Shown here: positions 9,305 to 18,337 of the stretch, piece after piece
Numbering within the stretch: the stretch's first letter is position 1
How the letters are laid out: each line of letters opens with the position of its first letter
Source: Paludibacteraceae bacterium
Lineage (GTDB): Bacteria; Bacteroidota; Bacteroidia; Bacteroidales; Paludibacteraceae
Assembly: GCA_045639525.1 (NCBI GenBank)
Contig: JAZUDI010000045.1
Coordinates: 5,479-69,478, forward strand
Direction: 5' to 3'
DNA length: 64,000 bases
Made by a program: the position numbers and the translations under genes
Notes under the pieces: model-generated
What the model was told of the DNA's origin: nothing
Databases searched by the model: none
What the model saw: the letters and a program-made list of their open reading frames with translations, nothing else

Positions 9305-9847
9305 TTAATTTCCTGATTTCACTTCGAGGATCGCCATTTTCATGAAAACGGGGGTCCAACTGTTGATGCATTTGCCTTTGCCTGGCACACCGAAGGCGAT
9401 GACTGAAGGAAGGATGAATTCTCCGCTTCCGCCATTGCGCATCAATGGAATTGCCTCGCGGATGCCCTTCTCGATATCCGTGTGTCCAATTTTCACGGTA
9501 GTTACCACGTCTGTGATTTTGTCGCAAGGTTCTTCGCCCAACGGTCCGATGGTGTATTTGATGGTCACCTCGTCGTCGCCAACGATGGAGTCTCCCGCGC
9601 CCTTTTCGATGATGTGGTAGCGTAAGCCCGAACTTGTTCTGCCCATTTCCAAATGGAGGGAGTCGATGTAGTGGTTGATCTCTTGCTCCTCCAATTCGTA
9701 GAATTGCTTATTCATTTCAAGCAGGCTCTCTTTCACCTGATCCGGCTCGATCTTGTTGACAGGCACTTGTACCTGTTCTTTGCCGCAAGCGAAGAGTAGC
9801 GCGAGGATGAGTGCGAAGAGGGGAGTGATGGATTTATACATAGCCAC
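9305..9847 (-). CDS. FKBP-type peptidyl-prolyl cis-trans isomerase (lipoprotein)
   Basis: Lipobox LFACG. The FKBP core reads GLRYHIIEKGAGD...VTIKYT...GIREAIPLMRNGGSGEFILPSVIAFG. Confidence 0.8.
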   Translation of the reverse strand: MAMYKSITPLFALILALLFACGKEQVQVPVNKIEPDQVKESLLEMNKQFYELEEQEINHYIDSLHLEMGRTSSGLRYHIIEKGAGDSIVGDDEVTIKYTIGPLGEEPCDKITDVVTTVKIGHTDIEKGIREAIPLMRNGGSGEFILPSVIAFGVPGKGKCINSWTPVFMKMAILEVKSGN

Positions 9848-10895
9848 GTCTCTTTAACTCCTCGTTCAACTCATCTTTCAGGGATGGAAGCGCCTTTTCG
9901 AACGCCTCGATGACCTGTTCCATATTGTCATAGGATTCTCCGCCCGACGCGTTTTTGTGTCCGCCACCGTTGAAGTATTGAGCGGCGAAGGTGTTGGTCG
10001 CCACATCACCTTGCGAACGGAAGGAGCATTTGATCTTTCCTCCCTCCTCCTTGAAGAAGGCGGAAAAGATGATGCCTTTGATGGAGAGCGGCATGTTGAC
10101 AAATCCCTCGGTGTCGCCCTTCTTGAAATCATACTTGGAGAGTTCGTCTGCCGTGAGTGAGATCATGGCGGCGCCATATTCGGGATATAGTTTCATCTTC
10201 TCGTAGAGCATATAGCCCATCAAACGGTATCTGCTCTCGGAGTAGTTGTTGTAAACTTTGTCGTAGATGGCATCCTTGTCGATGCCTTTTTTGATGAGTT
10301 CGGAGACGATCACATAGACTTCCGCTCCGTTGGAGTTGTAGGTGAAGCCTCCCGTGTCGGTCATCATACCTGTATAGATGCACTCGGCGCACTCCTTGTT
10401 CAGCTCGGTGAAGTATCCCATACGGCAGATGATGCGGAAGATCATCTCCGAGGTGGACGCGAACTGAGGGTAAGAGATCACCAAGTCGGCGAAGTTGCCT
10501 GGGTCCAAGTGGTGGTCGACGATGATTTTCTTCGCGGCGGAATCAGCCACGCTGATGGCCACGCTATCGATGCGTTTCAAAACATTGAAATCCAAAGCGA
10601 AGATCAAGTCGGCTTGTTCGATCAACTCGTCGGCAACCGATTTCTTTTTCTCGTAAACAATGATGTCGGAAGAGGCTGGCATCCATTTGAGGAATCCAGG
10701 GAAATCATTGGGTACAATGACGTTCGCGTTCTTTCCGATTGTTCTCAAAAAGATACAGAATGCCAAAGAAGAACCTATCGCGTCTCCATCGGGAGAGACG
10801 TGTGTGGTGATGACAATGTTCTCTGCATCCTCAATGTAGGCTTTCGCCTCCTGTATCAAATCTTCGTCAATAATTTTTGAAATCATAACTTCCAC
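9834..10895 (-). CDS. DHH-family phosphoesterase (NrnA-like oligoribonuclease/pAp phosphatase)
   Basis: Has HVSPDGDAIGS, the DHH motif (IVDHHLD), and a DHHA1-like GGGHKNASGG at the C-terminus. Confidence 0.85.
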   Translation of the reverse strand: MEVMISKIIDEDLIQEAKAYIEDAENIVITTHVSPDGDAIGSSLAFCIFLRTIGKNANVIVPNDFPGFLKWMPASSDIIVYEKKKSVADELIEQADLIFALDFNVLKRIDSVAISVADSAAKKIIVDHHLDPGNFADLVISYPQFASTSEMIFRIICRMGYFTELNKECAECIYTGMMTDTGGFTYNSNGAEVYVIVSELIKKGIDKDAIYDKVYNNYSESRYRLMGYMLYEKMKLYPEYGAAMISLTADELSKYDFKKGDTEGFVNMPLSIKGIIFSAFFKEEGGKIKCSFRSQGDVATNTFAAQYFNGGGHKNASGGESYDNMEQVIEAFEKALPSLKDELNEELKRRGYV

Positions 10896-11029
10896 TTTTA
10901 AGACGTTGCTAATTTAAGAAAAAATATTGGCATTTTCCCCATAAAAGCGTTGAAACTTTTTCTTTGTACTTAGTCTGATAATGTATTGATAATTAACGAT
11001 ATAAGCAATGTTTAACAACCCCAATGACG

Positions 11030-12640
11030 CTAAATCGGAAGTTTCGTAGCAGTTATGTATGCCGTATAGAGCAATAGGAGGGAGAGCATTGTGGCGATTC
11101 GCTGGAATGAACGGAGTTGCATGACCGCCGCCATCGCCGCTAACAACGCATAGAGAAAGAGCAGGTCAATGATGTGGAAAGCGATTCCATCGACGGCCGA
11201 GTGGGGTATTTTCCCCAACCATTCGATGGCGCTGTTCATCCCATGTGTGACGAAGGAGATCGCCTCTCCAACTCGTCTCATCAAGGGCGGGAAGGGGGTG
11301 CAGATCATAAGTAAAAGTGTGCCGTAGAGTAGTATTGTGGCGGCTGGTATGACGATAAGTCCCGAAATCCAGAATGTGTTGCTGAAATGGTGGAAGTGGT
11401 AGAGGATGATGGGGAGCGTACCTAATTGTGCGGCGATTGAGACGGAGGTGAGCGACCAGATTTTATCCCATAGAAGTGGCTTGAAGAGAAATGTCTTGTA
11501 GATTTTATCTTGCCATAAAATAATGGAAAAAACCGCGGCGTAGCTGAGTTGGAAGCCGATGTCGGTAAGGTATCTCGGTTGGTAGAGTAGCATGCAGAAA
11601 GCGGAGGCTAAGACCGTATTGGCGGTGTTCGACTTCCTGCCGATCACACCTCCGAACGCGACGAGGGAGAGCATTATGGAGGCTCTCACCACCGAGGGCG
11701 AAAGCCCGGTGAGAAAGGCGTATCCCCATAGAAAAACGAGTGTGGCGGGAATCCTTATACGCTTCATCGCGTTGCCTGGAAGCAGACGGGAGAGCAGGGT
11801 GGAGATGAGGAGATAGATGATGCCCACGTGAAGTCCGCTTACGGCGAGGACATGGCTTGCCCCTGTGGCGGAATAATTGGCCTTGGTCTCTGGTGTGAGT
11901 TGGCTTTTGTCTCCTAAGGTGAGGGCGGATATAATCGCCAATTCGTCGCCGGTGATCCCCGCCTTCTCTAATTGTCGCTCCACTTTTTGCCTCGTTCGCA
12001 TCGCCTGCCCTTTGAGGGTGAATCGGGGTGTGCCGTTCATCCTCTTCCATTGTCCCTTGGGGAGGTAAATCGTCCCTGAGTAGCCGATGCTGAGTAGGTA
12101 GTGGTCGAAATCACTGGGGGTGTCGATCTTCTTCACCAGCCGATTCGGGAATAGGATGATCTCTCCGGTGGAGAGCCTCTGTGATAGAGAGTCTTTGGCG
12201 ATGTAGAGTCTCGCCTTTGTTCCCGAAGGGAGCCCCTTCCCGAACAGACGGGCGTTGACGCGGTAGGTGGCTTGCCTCTCTTGGGGTAACTCCTCGATTT
12301 CCGCTAGGAGGTATCCCTTCCCGTCGGTCTCTCTCTCCCAGATGACGGGTGCTGTCTGTTGGGTGCGGAGGATGCCGACGATTGTCAACAGAATGAGTAG
12401 AGAGGCGCCGAACAGCCATCTTCGCTGGTATTGTCGCTCTCCGAGACGGAAAGAGAAGATGAGGGTGGTCCCCAAGGGTGGCAGTATGCTCCAAAGGGGG
12501 AGTTGGATGTTGGGGAAAGTGATTCCGAGGAGGATGCCAAGCGACAAAAAGATCGTCAGGCGTAAAAAGGGTAGCCGTGTCATAAGAAGAGATGTGAAAA
12601 ATCCCAATTGGGATGTGAAACAAAACGGGTATGCAAACAA
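11030..12640 (-). CDS. ComEC/Rec2-family competence membrane protein (no beta-lactamase domain)
   Basis: A polytopic membrane protein containing TGASHVLAVSGLHVGI, the ComEC signature. The real start may be the internal Met at 12583 (MTRLPFLRL...). Confidence 0.8.
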   Translation of the reverse strand: MFAYPFCFTSQLGFFTSLLMTRLPFLRLTIFLSLGILLGITFPNIQLPLWSILPPLGTTLIFSFRLGERQYQRRWLFGASLLILLTIVGILRTQQTAPVIWERETDGKGYLLAEIEELPQERQATYRVNARLFGKGLPSGTKARLYIAKDSLSQRLSTGEIILFPNRLVKKIDTPSDFDHYLLSIGYSGTIYLPKGQWKRMNGTPRFTLKGQAMRTRQKVERQLEKAGITGDELAIISALTLGDKSQLTPETKANYSATGASHVLAVSGLHVGIIYLLISTLLSRLLPGNAMKRIRIPATLVFLWGYAFLTGLSPSVVRASIMLSLVAFGGVIGRKSNTANTVLASAFCMLLYQPRYLTDIGFQLSYAAVFSIILWQDKIYKTFLFKPLLWDKIWSLTSVSIAAQLGTLPIILYHFHHFSNTFWISGLIVIPAATILLYGTLLLMICTPFPPLMRRVGEAISFVTHGMNSAIEWLGKIPHSAVDGIAFHIIDLLFLYALLAAMAAVMQLRSFQRIATMLSLLLLYTAYITATKLPI

Positions 12641-12685
12641 AAAAAGAGGGAGGCTCCGTCGCTGGAAGGAGGCCTCCCTATGGTG

Positions 12686-13336
12686 TTACAACGCCTTTAA
12701 TTGGGCGATGGTTTCGGTAGGGTTCTGCGCACCGAAGACGAAGCTGCCGGCTACGAGCACGTCCGCTCCTGCTTGCAGCAATCGCTTGCCTGTCTCGAAA
12801 TTGACGCCACCGTCGATCTCGATGAGCGCGTGGGAACCGCGTTTGAGGATCAACTCCTTCAAACGGGAGGTTTTATCGATGGTGTTCTCGATGAACTTCT
12901 GTCCGCCGAATCCTGGATTGACTGACATCAACATGGCCACATCCACATCTTGGATGATCTCCTCCAAAACGGAGACTGGTGTGTGCGGATTCAGTGTGAC
13001 ACCTGCCTTCATGCCACAAGCCTTGATGCGTTGTAGCGTTCTGTGAAGGTGGGTGCAAGCCTCGTAGTGGACATTGAGCACCTCGGCGCCGAGTTTGTGG
13101 AACTCGTCAATGAACTTATCGGGCTCCACGATCATCAAATGGACGTCCAATGGCTTCTTCGCGTATTTTTGGATGGCTGCCGTGACGGGCATGCCGAAGG
13201 AGATATTGGGAACAAATACTCCGTCCATGATGTCGAGGTGGAACCAATCGGCTTGACTGTTGTTCACCATCTCCACGTCGGAACGCAAATTGGAAAAATC
13301 CGCGGATAGCACGGAAGGTGCGATTAGGTGGCTCAT
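12686..13336 (-). CDS. rpe: Ribulose-phosphate 3-epimerase
   Basis: APSVLSADFSNL..., HLDIMDGVFVPNISFG, MSVNPGFGGQKF and DGGV are all present. Confidence 0.93.
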   Translation of the reverse strand: MSHLIAPSVLSADFSNLRSDVEMVNNSQADWFHLDIMDGVFVPNISFGMPVTAAIQKYAKKPLDVHLMIVEPDKFIDEFHKLGAEVLNVHYEACTHLHRTLQRIKACGMKAGVTLNPHTPVSVLEEIIQDVDVAMLMSVNPGFGGQKFIENTIDKTSRLKELILKRGSHALIEIDGGVNFETGKRLLQAGADVLVAGSFVFGAQNPTETIAQLKAL

Positions 13337-13414
13337 TCGATTTCTCTGTTGAGGGGAACGGTAGTTTTACGGAAGCGGAAGTCGCCCGACTGCCGGACCC
13401 TGTGGTTTATAAAT

Positions 13415-13446
13415 GAAAAAAGGAAGTAACTTTCGCCACTTCCTTG
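13415..13446 (-). terminator. Rho-independent terminator after tRNA-Pro
   Basis: On the minus strand, AGGAAGT-ggcgaaagtt-ACTTCCT is followed by TTTTT. Confidence 0.6.
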
Positions 13447-13453
13447 CTTTGTG

Positions 13454-13528
13454 TCGAGGTGAAGGGATTCGAACCCCCGACCCTCTGGTCCCAAACCAGA
13501 TGCGCTAACCGGACTGCGCTACACCTCG
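13454..13528 (-). tRNA. tRNA-Pro (anticodon UGG)
   Basis: The reverse complement folds by hand into a cloverleaf: CGAGGTG TA GCGC AGTCCGGTTA GCGC A TCTGG TTTGGGA CCAGA GGGTC GGGGG TTCGAAT CCCTT CACCTCG A. The anticodon loop is TT-TGG-GA. CCA is not encoded. Confidence 0.9.
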
Positions 13529-13543
13529 TTCTCAAATGCGATG

Positions 13544-13551
13544 CAAAGGTA
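13544..13551 (-). promoter_or_regulatory. -7 promoter box (TACCTTTG) for tRNA-Pro
   Basis: A TAnnTTTG match on the minus strand, 15 nt upstream of the tRNA 5' end. Confidence 0.45.
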
Positions 13552-13626
13552 TGTACTTTTGGGTACCCCTCCAAATCTTTTAGCCACTTTTTTTAGAAAA
13601 AAAATCACTTTTTTCTTATCTGCTTG

Positions 13627-13905
13627 TTATTCAATGAAATAATTTTTTGCACAAAATAGGGCTATGAGGAGCTGTACGATTAATAGAGCTGGAACGCCTA
13701 TGGAAAATTTTTTGTGGAGTGTTTTGTGGCGGATGAGATACATGGCTAAAAGTGCACCGATAGAGCCTCCGACGGCGGCGATCAGCAGCAGATTTTTCTC
13801 CGGGATTCTCCTTGCGTTTCTCTTTTTGGAGAGATGTTTGTCCCAAGCGTAGGTGGAGAAGGCCACGATGTTGATGGCGAGGAGGTAAAGAAGTACTACT
13901 TCCAT
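13627..13905 (-). CDS. DUF1294-family small membrane protein
   Basis: AINIVAFSTYAWDKHLSKKRNARRIPEKNLLLIAAVGGSIGALLAMYLIRHKTLHKKF is the characteristic DUF1294 pattern. Confidence 0.8.
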   Translation of the reverse strand: MEVVLLYLLAINIVAFSTYAWDKHLSKKRNARRIPEKNLLLIAAVGGSIGALLAMYLIRHKTLHKKFSIGVPALLIVQLLIALFCAKNYFIE

Positions 13906-13991
13906 ATTTTTTATTGCGTTGTGCTTGAAAAAGGATACAAAAAAGGGAATGTGCCGTCCGACACATTCCCTTGTGGTCTTTGGAATCAGTG

Positions 13992-14324
13992 TTAATACTT
14001 CATCTTATCCTTAGAAGGGTTTCTGTGGAAAACCTTTCCGTCGGTGTACTCTTGCGCAGCGATCAAGGTTGGCTTAGGGAGCTTCTCGTAGAAACGTGAG
14101 ATCTCGATTTGCTCACGGTTCTCGAATACCTCCTCCAAGTTGTCGTTGAAAGATGCGAACTCTTGCAATTTCTTGTCCAATTCCGACTTCATCTCCACAG
14201 CGATCTGGTTGGAACGACGTGCGATGATGTTCACTGTCTCGTAAACGTTACCTGTGTCTGCACAGAGTGAGTTCATGTCACGAGTGATAGTGTTAGTTGG
14301 AGCGGTTACTTTTTTGTAGTCCAT
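13992..14324 (-). CDS. rpoZ: DNA-directed RNA polymerase subunit omega (Bacteroidota type, 110 aa)
   Basis: MDYKKVTAPTNTITRDMN...NVYETVNIIARRSNQIAVEMKSELDKKLQEFASFNDNLEEVFENREQIEISRFYEKLPKP. The start was trimmed to the ATG at 14324. It lies next to bamD, as in other Bacteroidota. Confidence 0.85.
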   Translation of the reverse strand: MDYKKVTAPTNTITRDMNSLCADTGNVYETVNIIARRSNQIAVEMKSELDKKLQEFASFNDNLEEVFENREQIEISRFYEKLPKPTLIAAQEYTDGKVFHRNPSKDKMKY

Positions 14325-14337
14325 GATTATATATGTT

Positions 14338-15165
14338 TTATTTGTTTTTGTTATCGATAGCGTTAATATATTTTCTCGTCTTCTCGTGGATTCTCTCCGC
14401 CTCTTTCCTGTGTTTGCCGTTCGGAAATTCGCCGATGTAGTTGTAGTACTCATCGTCGGTGTCGCGGTAGCGGTCCTCCATTTTGCTCTCGACGCTCTTC
14501 ACGGCTTGCATGTACTTCGCATCGAGAATCAGGAAGCTGAGATCCTCTTTCCTTTTGGTGTCTGGGTAAAGTTTCAATGCGTTGGTGGCGGTGACAACCG
14601 CTGAACGGTAGTTGTTGCCCATGAAATCACCCAAGTCGAAATAGAGTTTCGCGTTCAAATAGGCCTTCTCCGCCAATTTCTCCTGCAACTCGCTGAGTAG
14701 GGATACCGCCTCTGGCAAGTATTTGCTTTCGGGATATAGGTTGGTGAACTCCAACAACTCGTCGATGGCGGTGACGGTGCTCGCCTGGTCGAGCTTGACG
14801 TCTGGCGAGTCTTGGTAAAGGCATTTGCCCGCTAGAAATTTACACTCTTCGGCATGTTCGCCTTGCGGATAACTGCGGGTATAAGCCGAGAAGTAACTCT
14901 TCGCCGAGGTGTAGTCCTTGTTGTTGTAGTGGGACTTTGCGATCATATAGACCACATTCTCACCCTTGGTGGTACCACGGAAGGCGGATCCCACCGATTC
15001 TAATATGGTGTGCGCCTTGTAATAGTCGCCACTCTCATAGTATTCGACGGCCTTCTGGTACTTGAAGTCGTTATCCGTGCTCTTGATGACCTTGTTGTAA
15101 CCTCCGCAGGAGAGGAATCCCAAAGCCATGAAAGCCAATGTGATATGTCTAAATTTCTTTTCCAT
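14338..15165 (-). CDS. bamD: Outer membrane protein assembly factor BamD (TPR lipoprotein)
   Basis: Lipobox LSCGG, then TPR-like repeats (YQKAVEYYESGDYYKA..., AKSHYNNKDYTSA...). Confidence 0.85.
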   Translation of the reverse strand: MEKKFRHITLAFMALGFLSCGGYNKVIKSTDNDFKYQKAVEYYESGDYYKAHTILESVGSAFRGTTKGENVVYMIAKSHYNNKDYTSAKSYFSAYTRSYPQGEHAEECKFLAGKCLYQDSPDVKLDQASTVTAIDELLEFTNLYPESKYLPEAVSLLSELQEKLAEKAYLNAKLYFDLGDFMGNNYRSAVVTATNALKLYPDTKRKEDLSFLILDAKYMQAVKSVESKMEDRYRDTDDEYYNYIGEFPNGKHRKEAERIHEKTRKYINAIDNKNK

Positions 15166-15322
15166 TCTTACTCTAAACCGCGAAAATAGTCAAAATCGTT
15201 CAAAAGATAAAAGAAAAACATTCAATTTTAACTATTTTAAATAAAATGTTTTTATTTCTTTTGCATTTGAATTTAACAGTGATTTAATACTAGTTGTAAA
15301 ACGATTTTTAGAATAGAAAATT

Positions 15323-15739
15323 ATGTTGAAGAGAATTTTGTCGATTTCCGGAAAACCAGGATTGTTTGAATTGGTGTCACAAGGAAAGAATATGTTGATA
15401 TTGGAGTCCCTTACGGAGAAGAAGCGTGTCCCTGCTTATACGCACGAGAAGATTTTGTCTCTTGGTGATATCGCTATCTATACGGAGGAGGGTGAGGTGC
15501 CTTTGGCGGATGTTTTGCAATCCATGAAGGAGAAAGAGGATGGCAAGGTGGCTTCAATCAACCCTAAAAAGGCTGATGGCAAAGAGTTGGCAGCTTACTT
15601 GGCTACTGTGTTGCCAAACTTCGACCGTGACCGTGTCTATTCATCCGACATCAAGAAGTTGCTCACGTGGTACAACATCTTGATCGAGAGCGGCCGCGAC
15701 CAATTCGTGGAGAAGAAAACTGAGGCTGAGGCGAAATAA
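15323..15739 (+). CDS. DUF5606-like conserved hypothetical protein
   Basis: MLKRILSISGKPGLFELVSQGKNMLILESL... matches a conserved Bacteroidota small protein. The family name is from memory. Confidence 0.6.
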   Translation: MLKRILSISGKPGLFELVSQGKNMLILESLTEKKRVPAYTHEKILSLGDIAIYTEEGEVPLADVLQSMKEKEDGKVASINPKKADGKELAAYLATVLPNFDRDRVYSSDIKKLLTWYNILIESGRDQFVEKKTEAEAK

Positions 15740-15763
15740 TAATTCCCTTGTCCAACTTTTATA

Positions 15764-15796
15764 GGAGAAGATGCGTGTGTGTCTTCTCTTTTTTTT
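15764..15796 (+). terminator. Rho-independent terminator
   Basis: GGAGAAGA-tgcgtgtgtg-TCTTCTC followed by T8, lying 25 nt after the stop of 15323..15739. Confidence 0.75.
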
Positions 15797-15805
15797 GCGC
15801 ATCTT

Positions 15806-15916
15806 AGAAATTGTTTAAATTTAATTCAAAACTAAATTGAGAGACCTAAAAAAATTCCTAAAACACACTTAAAATATTGATTATCAATTTGATAAGCGAA
15901 TAAATTTTCGTAACTT
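15806..15916. repeat. Left copy of a ~110-bp direct repeat flanking the GH5 gene
   Basis: AGAAATTGTTTAAATTTAATTCAAAACTAAATTGAGAGACCTAA...AAAACACA..TTAAA.TATTGATTA... aligns with 18059..18170, with roughly 80-85% identity by eye. It contains a copy of the -7 box (caaaacta at 15827-15834, minus strand). Confidence 0.8.
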
Positions 15917-15917
15917 A

Positions 15918-18053
15918 TTACTTAACAATCAACTTGATGTTCTTAACACCCATAGCGTTAGAAACACATACATTGTAGATTCCAGAAGGAAAATGCTTGT
16001 TGATAACAACGTCGCTTTTTACATCTTTTTGGTAAACAATAGCACCAAGAGAGTTGCAAATCCTTACGTTGGCAGCACCACCAGTAACAACAGTGAACTC
16101 ATCTCCTGCAGGGTTTGGATAAACAACAACAGAGCTCATGTCATCATGGATGTCTTTAACGTCATCTTCGTGGTTGCTGTATTCGAATTCAGGAATATTG
16201 TCGTCCACGAATGTGAACATGAAGTTAGAGAACTCGCCAGGAGATTTATTTACATCTGGAGAAATGAGTAATTTGAGCTTCTGTTCACCCTCATATTTGA
16301 ACAAAAGAGTCAAGTCGTCAGCTTGGTCGCCTCCACAAGCTGTCCAACCCCAGCAAGTCCAATATTGATTTGGGTCACCTTTTTTAGCACCATTGGGATC
16401 TTGTGTTCCGTCAACATACAAGCCACACTTAGGAGTTGCAGTAAGCTGGAATGAAGGCCAAACTTTAGCATCTTTGTTGTTGCGGTTATTCCAAGAACGG
16501 ATGATGTTACCATTCTGGTCAGGCTGTTTGCCACCAACAATCTGGAAACCAATAGAACCTTCTGAGCTGACCTCAGAACCGGTCAAACAGTGAACTTTGT
16601 AGTAACCCTTCTTCTTGACATTGATAGTATAGATTATCCATTCACCAGGTTCGGTATACATAAGGTTGTGGAGATCTTTACCCACTGTTCCATAACCATC
16701 GCCAGGAAGTCCCCAGTTAGCACCCAAACCAGACATTGAGTTCTCTATGTCCACACAATCATCAGAACGAAATGCCTTTGTCTTGTCGATCAAATCTGCA
16801 TATAATGCACCTATATTACAGTATTCTGCTTCTGTACCCTTAGCTTTTTCGCCAGTCTTGATTTCATACCTACTATCAGGGTCAACATACATTGATGAGT
16901 TATTATCATGATAAGCGACATCAGCACCTCCTTTGTCAAAGAATCCGATGTTCAAGATACCATAATCTTCATCGTTTTTAGGAATATCCTGAACTTCGTA
17001 TGCAACAGACTGTTCGATATCTGGAATTTCTGTCTTACCGGTCATAATGTCTACGATATACTTGCCTGTAGGTGTTAAGTTATCAGAATTATATTCAGAA
17101 GAACAGTTCTTAATACAAGAAGACTGATAGTTTCTTTTCTCACCCCAGGTATCAAAACACCATGAAATCAACTGGTTTCCATGGTTGCCAGATGCCTTTA
17201 AATAGCCCAAAAACCTACTTGCTTCATCAGTGCATAGAGCTCCTTCACCATCAAAACGTACAGGCGACCATTCTGAAATGAACAAAGGAATTGATGCTGC
17301 TGCAGACATAATACGTGGGACTACATCTTCCATGTGTGAGCAAGTGTAAACGTGCGCAGAGTACATCAATCCAAGATTGTACTTGTTCTTGTCGATTGGA
17401 GACATAGCAGCTTCTTCAGGATGCTGGTCCCAAGCACGAGTAGGGCATATAACGATTGCTCCCGGATCTACACCTTCAATGGTAGGAAGAACACTTTCCG
17501 CATATTCTTTCAAATAGCTGAACGGCTTGTCAAGAGGCTCGTTACAGATCTCGTACAACACGTTGATCATTCCTTTTTCATTTGCCCACTTGCCATTTCT
17601 CTCAAAGAAGCCGATAGCATCTTTAGTATATATCTTAGGGTTACCGCTACCGCCGTCACCTTCAAGAATGTGGAAGTCCAACAATACGTACATGTTCAAT
17701 TGAGTTGCCCACTTCATGTACTTTTGGATGTCATCATCCTGGTATGCACCATATTTACCCTTACTGTTATCGGCATAGCAAGCCAAACGTACACAATTTG
17801 CACCCCAAGCCTTCATTGCTTTAAAACCTTCTTCGGTTAGACAGTTAACTACTTCGTCGTAGTTAATAGAGAAAGTAGACCAACCCTTCAACTGAATGGG
17901 TTCGCCACTACTAGAGCACAACTGATTGCCAACCAACTTCAAACGACCCCATTCTCCGATGTAATCGTTGTTCACAAAATCAGTTTCACTCAGTACAGCA
18001 TTTGCAGTCATTGTGCTGCAAAGCACAGCCATAAGAAGTAAAAATTTCTTCAT
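15918..18053 (-). CDS. Secreted GH5-family glycoside hydrolase (cellulase/mannanase-like) with a CBM-like domain and a T9SS type A C-terminal sorting domain
   Basis: Has a signal peptide and the GH5 acid/base motif LYEICNEP. The middle domain is beta-sandwich-like. The C-terminal VVVYPNPAGDEFTV...GIYNVCVSNAMGVKNIKLIVK is a Por secretion tail. The gene is visibly more AT-rich than its neighbours. Confidence 0.8.
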   Translation of the reverse strand: MKKFLLLMAVLCSTMTANAVLSETDFVNNDYIGEWGRLKLVGNQLCSSSGEPIQLKGWSTFSINYDEVVNCLTEEGFKAMKAWGANCVRLACYADNSKGKYGAYQDDDIQKYMKWATQLNMYVLLDFHILEGDGGSGNPKIYTKDAIGFFERNGKWANEKGMINVLYEICNEPLDKPFSYLKEYAESVLPTIEGVDPGAIVICPTRAWDQHPEEAAMSPIDKNKYNLGLMYSAHVYTCSHMEDVVPRIMSAAASIPLFISEWSPVRFDGEGALCTDEASRFLGYLKASGNHGNQLISWCFDTWGEKRNYQSSCIKNCSSEYNSDNLTPTGKYIVDIMTGKTEIPDIEQSVAYEVQDIPKNDEDYGILNIGFFDKGGADVAYHDNNSSMYVDPDSRYEIKTGEKAKGTEAEYCNIGALYADLIDKTKAFRSDDCVDIENSMSGLGANWGLPGDGYGTVGKDLHNLMYTEPGEWIIYTINVKKKGYYKVHCLTGSEVSSEGSIGFQIVGGKQPDQNGNIIRSWNNRNNKDAKVWPSFQLTATPKCGLYVDGTQDPNGAKKGDPNQYWTCWGWTACGGDQADDLTLLFKYEGEQKLKLLISPDVNKSPGEFSNFMFTFVDDNIPEFEYSNHEDDVKDIHDDMSSVVVYPNPAGDEFTVVTGGAANVRICNSLGAIVYQKDVKSDVVINKHFPSGIYNVCVSNAMGVKNIKLIVK

Positions 18054-18058
18054 TAATA

Positions 18059-18170
18059 AGAAATTGTTTAATTTTAATTCAAAACTAATTTGAGAGACCT
18101 AAGATAATCTCTCTAAAACACAATTAAATATTGATTACCAGCATTGTAAGTGGATAATTTTTCCGTATCT
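18059..18170. repeat. Right copy of the ~110-bp direct repeat (holds the GH5 promoter/5' leader)
   Basis: Begins 6 nt upstream of the GH5 start codon and aligns with 15806..15916. Confidence 0.8.
18080..18087 (-). promoter_or_regulatory. -7 promoter box (TAGTTTTG) for the GH5 gene
   Basis: A TAnnTTTG match on the minus strand, 26 nt upstream of the ATG at 18053. Confidence 0.45.
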
Positions 18171-18195
18171 TTAAAGTGACGAAATAATAAAGAAA

Positions 18196-18273
18196 ATGAC
18201 CAATTATCCAACAAATCTCACCGATAATCAGTGGCAAAGTTACAGAAAAGTTTGGGAATTATATACTATTTGA
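18196..18273 (+). pseudogene. IS5-type (DUF4096-like N-terminus) transposase remnant, 25 codons
   Basis: MTNYPTNLTDNQWQ... is the conserved N-terminal motif of IS5/IS1182-type transposases. The frame stops after 25 codons and no transposase body follows. Confidence 0.55.
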
Positions 18274-18337
18274 CCCAAGGAATGAAAACACCCTCGACAT
18301 TTGGGCTACTATGTATAATTCGATACCAATTTAGGCA

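Noticed and set aside
12267-13046. A 259-aa plus-strand ORF spanning the comEC/rpe junction.
   Set aside because: It is antisense to two well-supported genes and crosses their intergenic gap. It is Arg/Ser/Pro-rich and low-complexity, so it is a shadow ORF.
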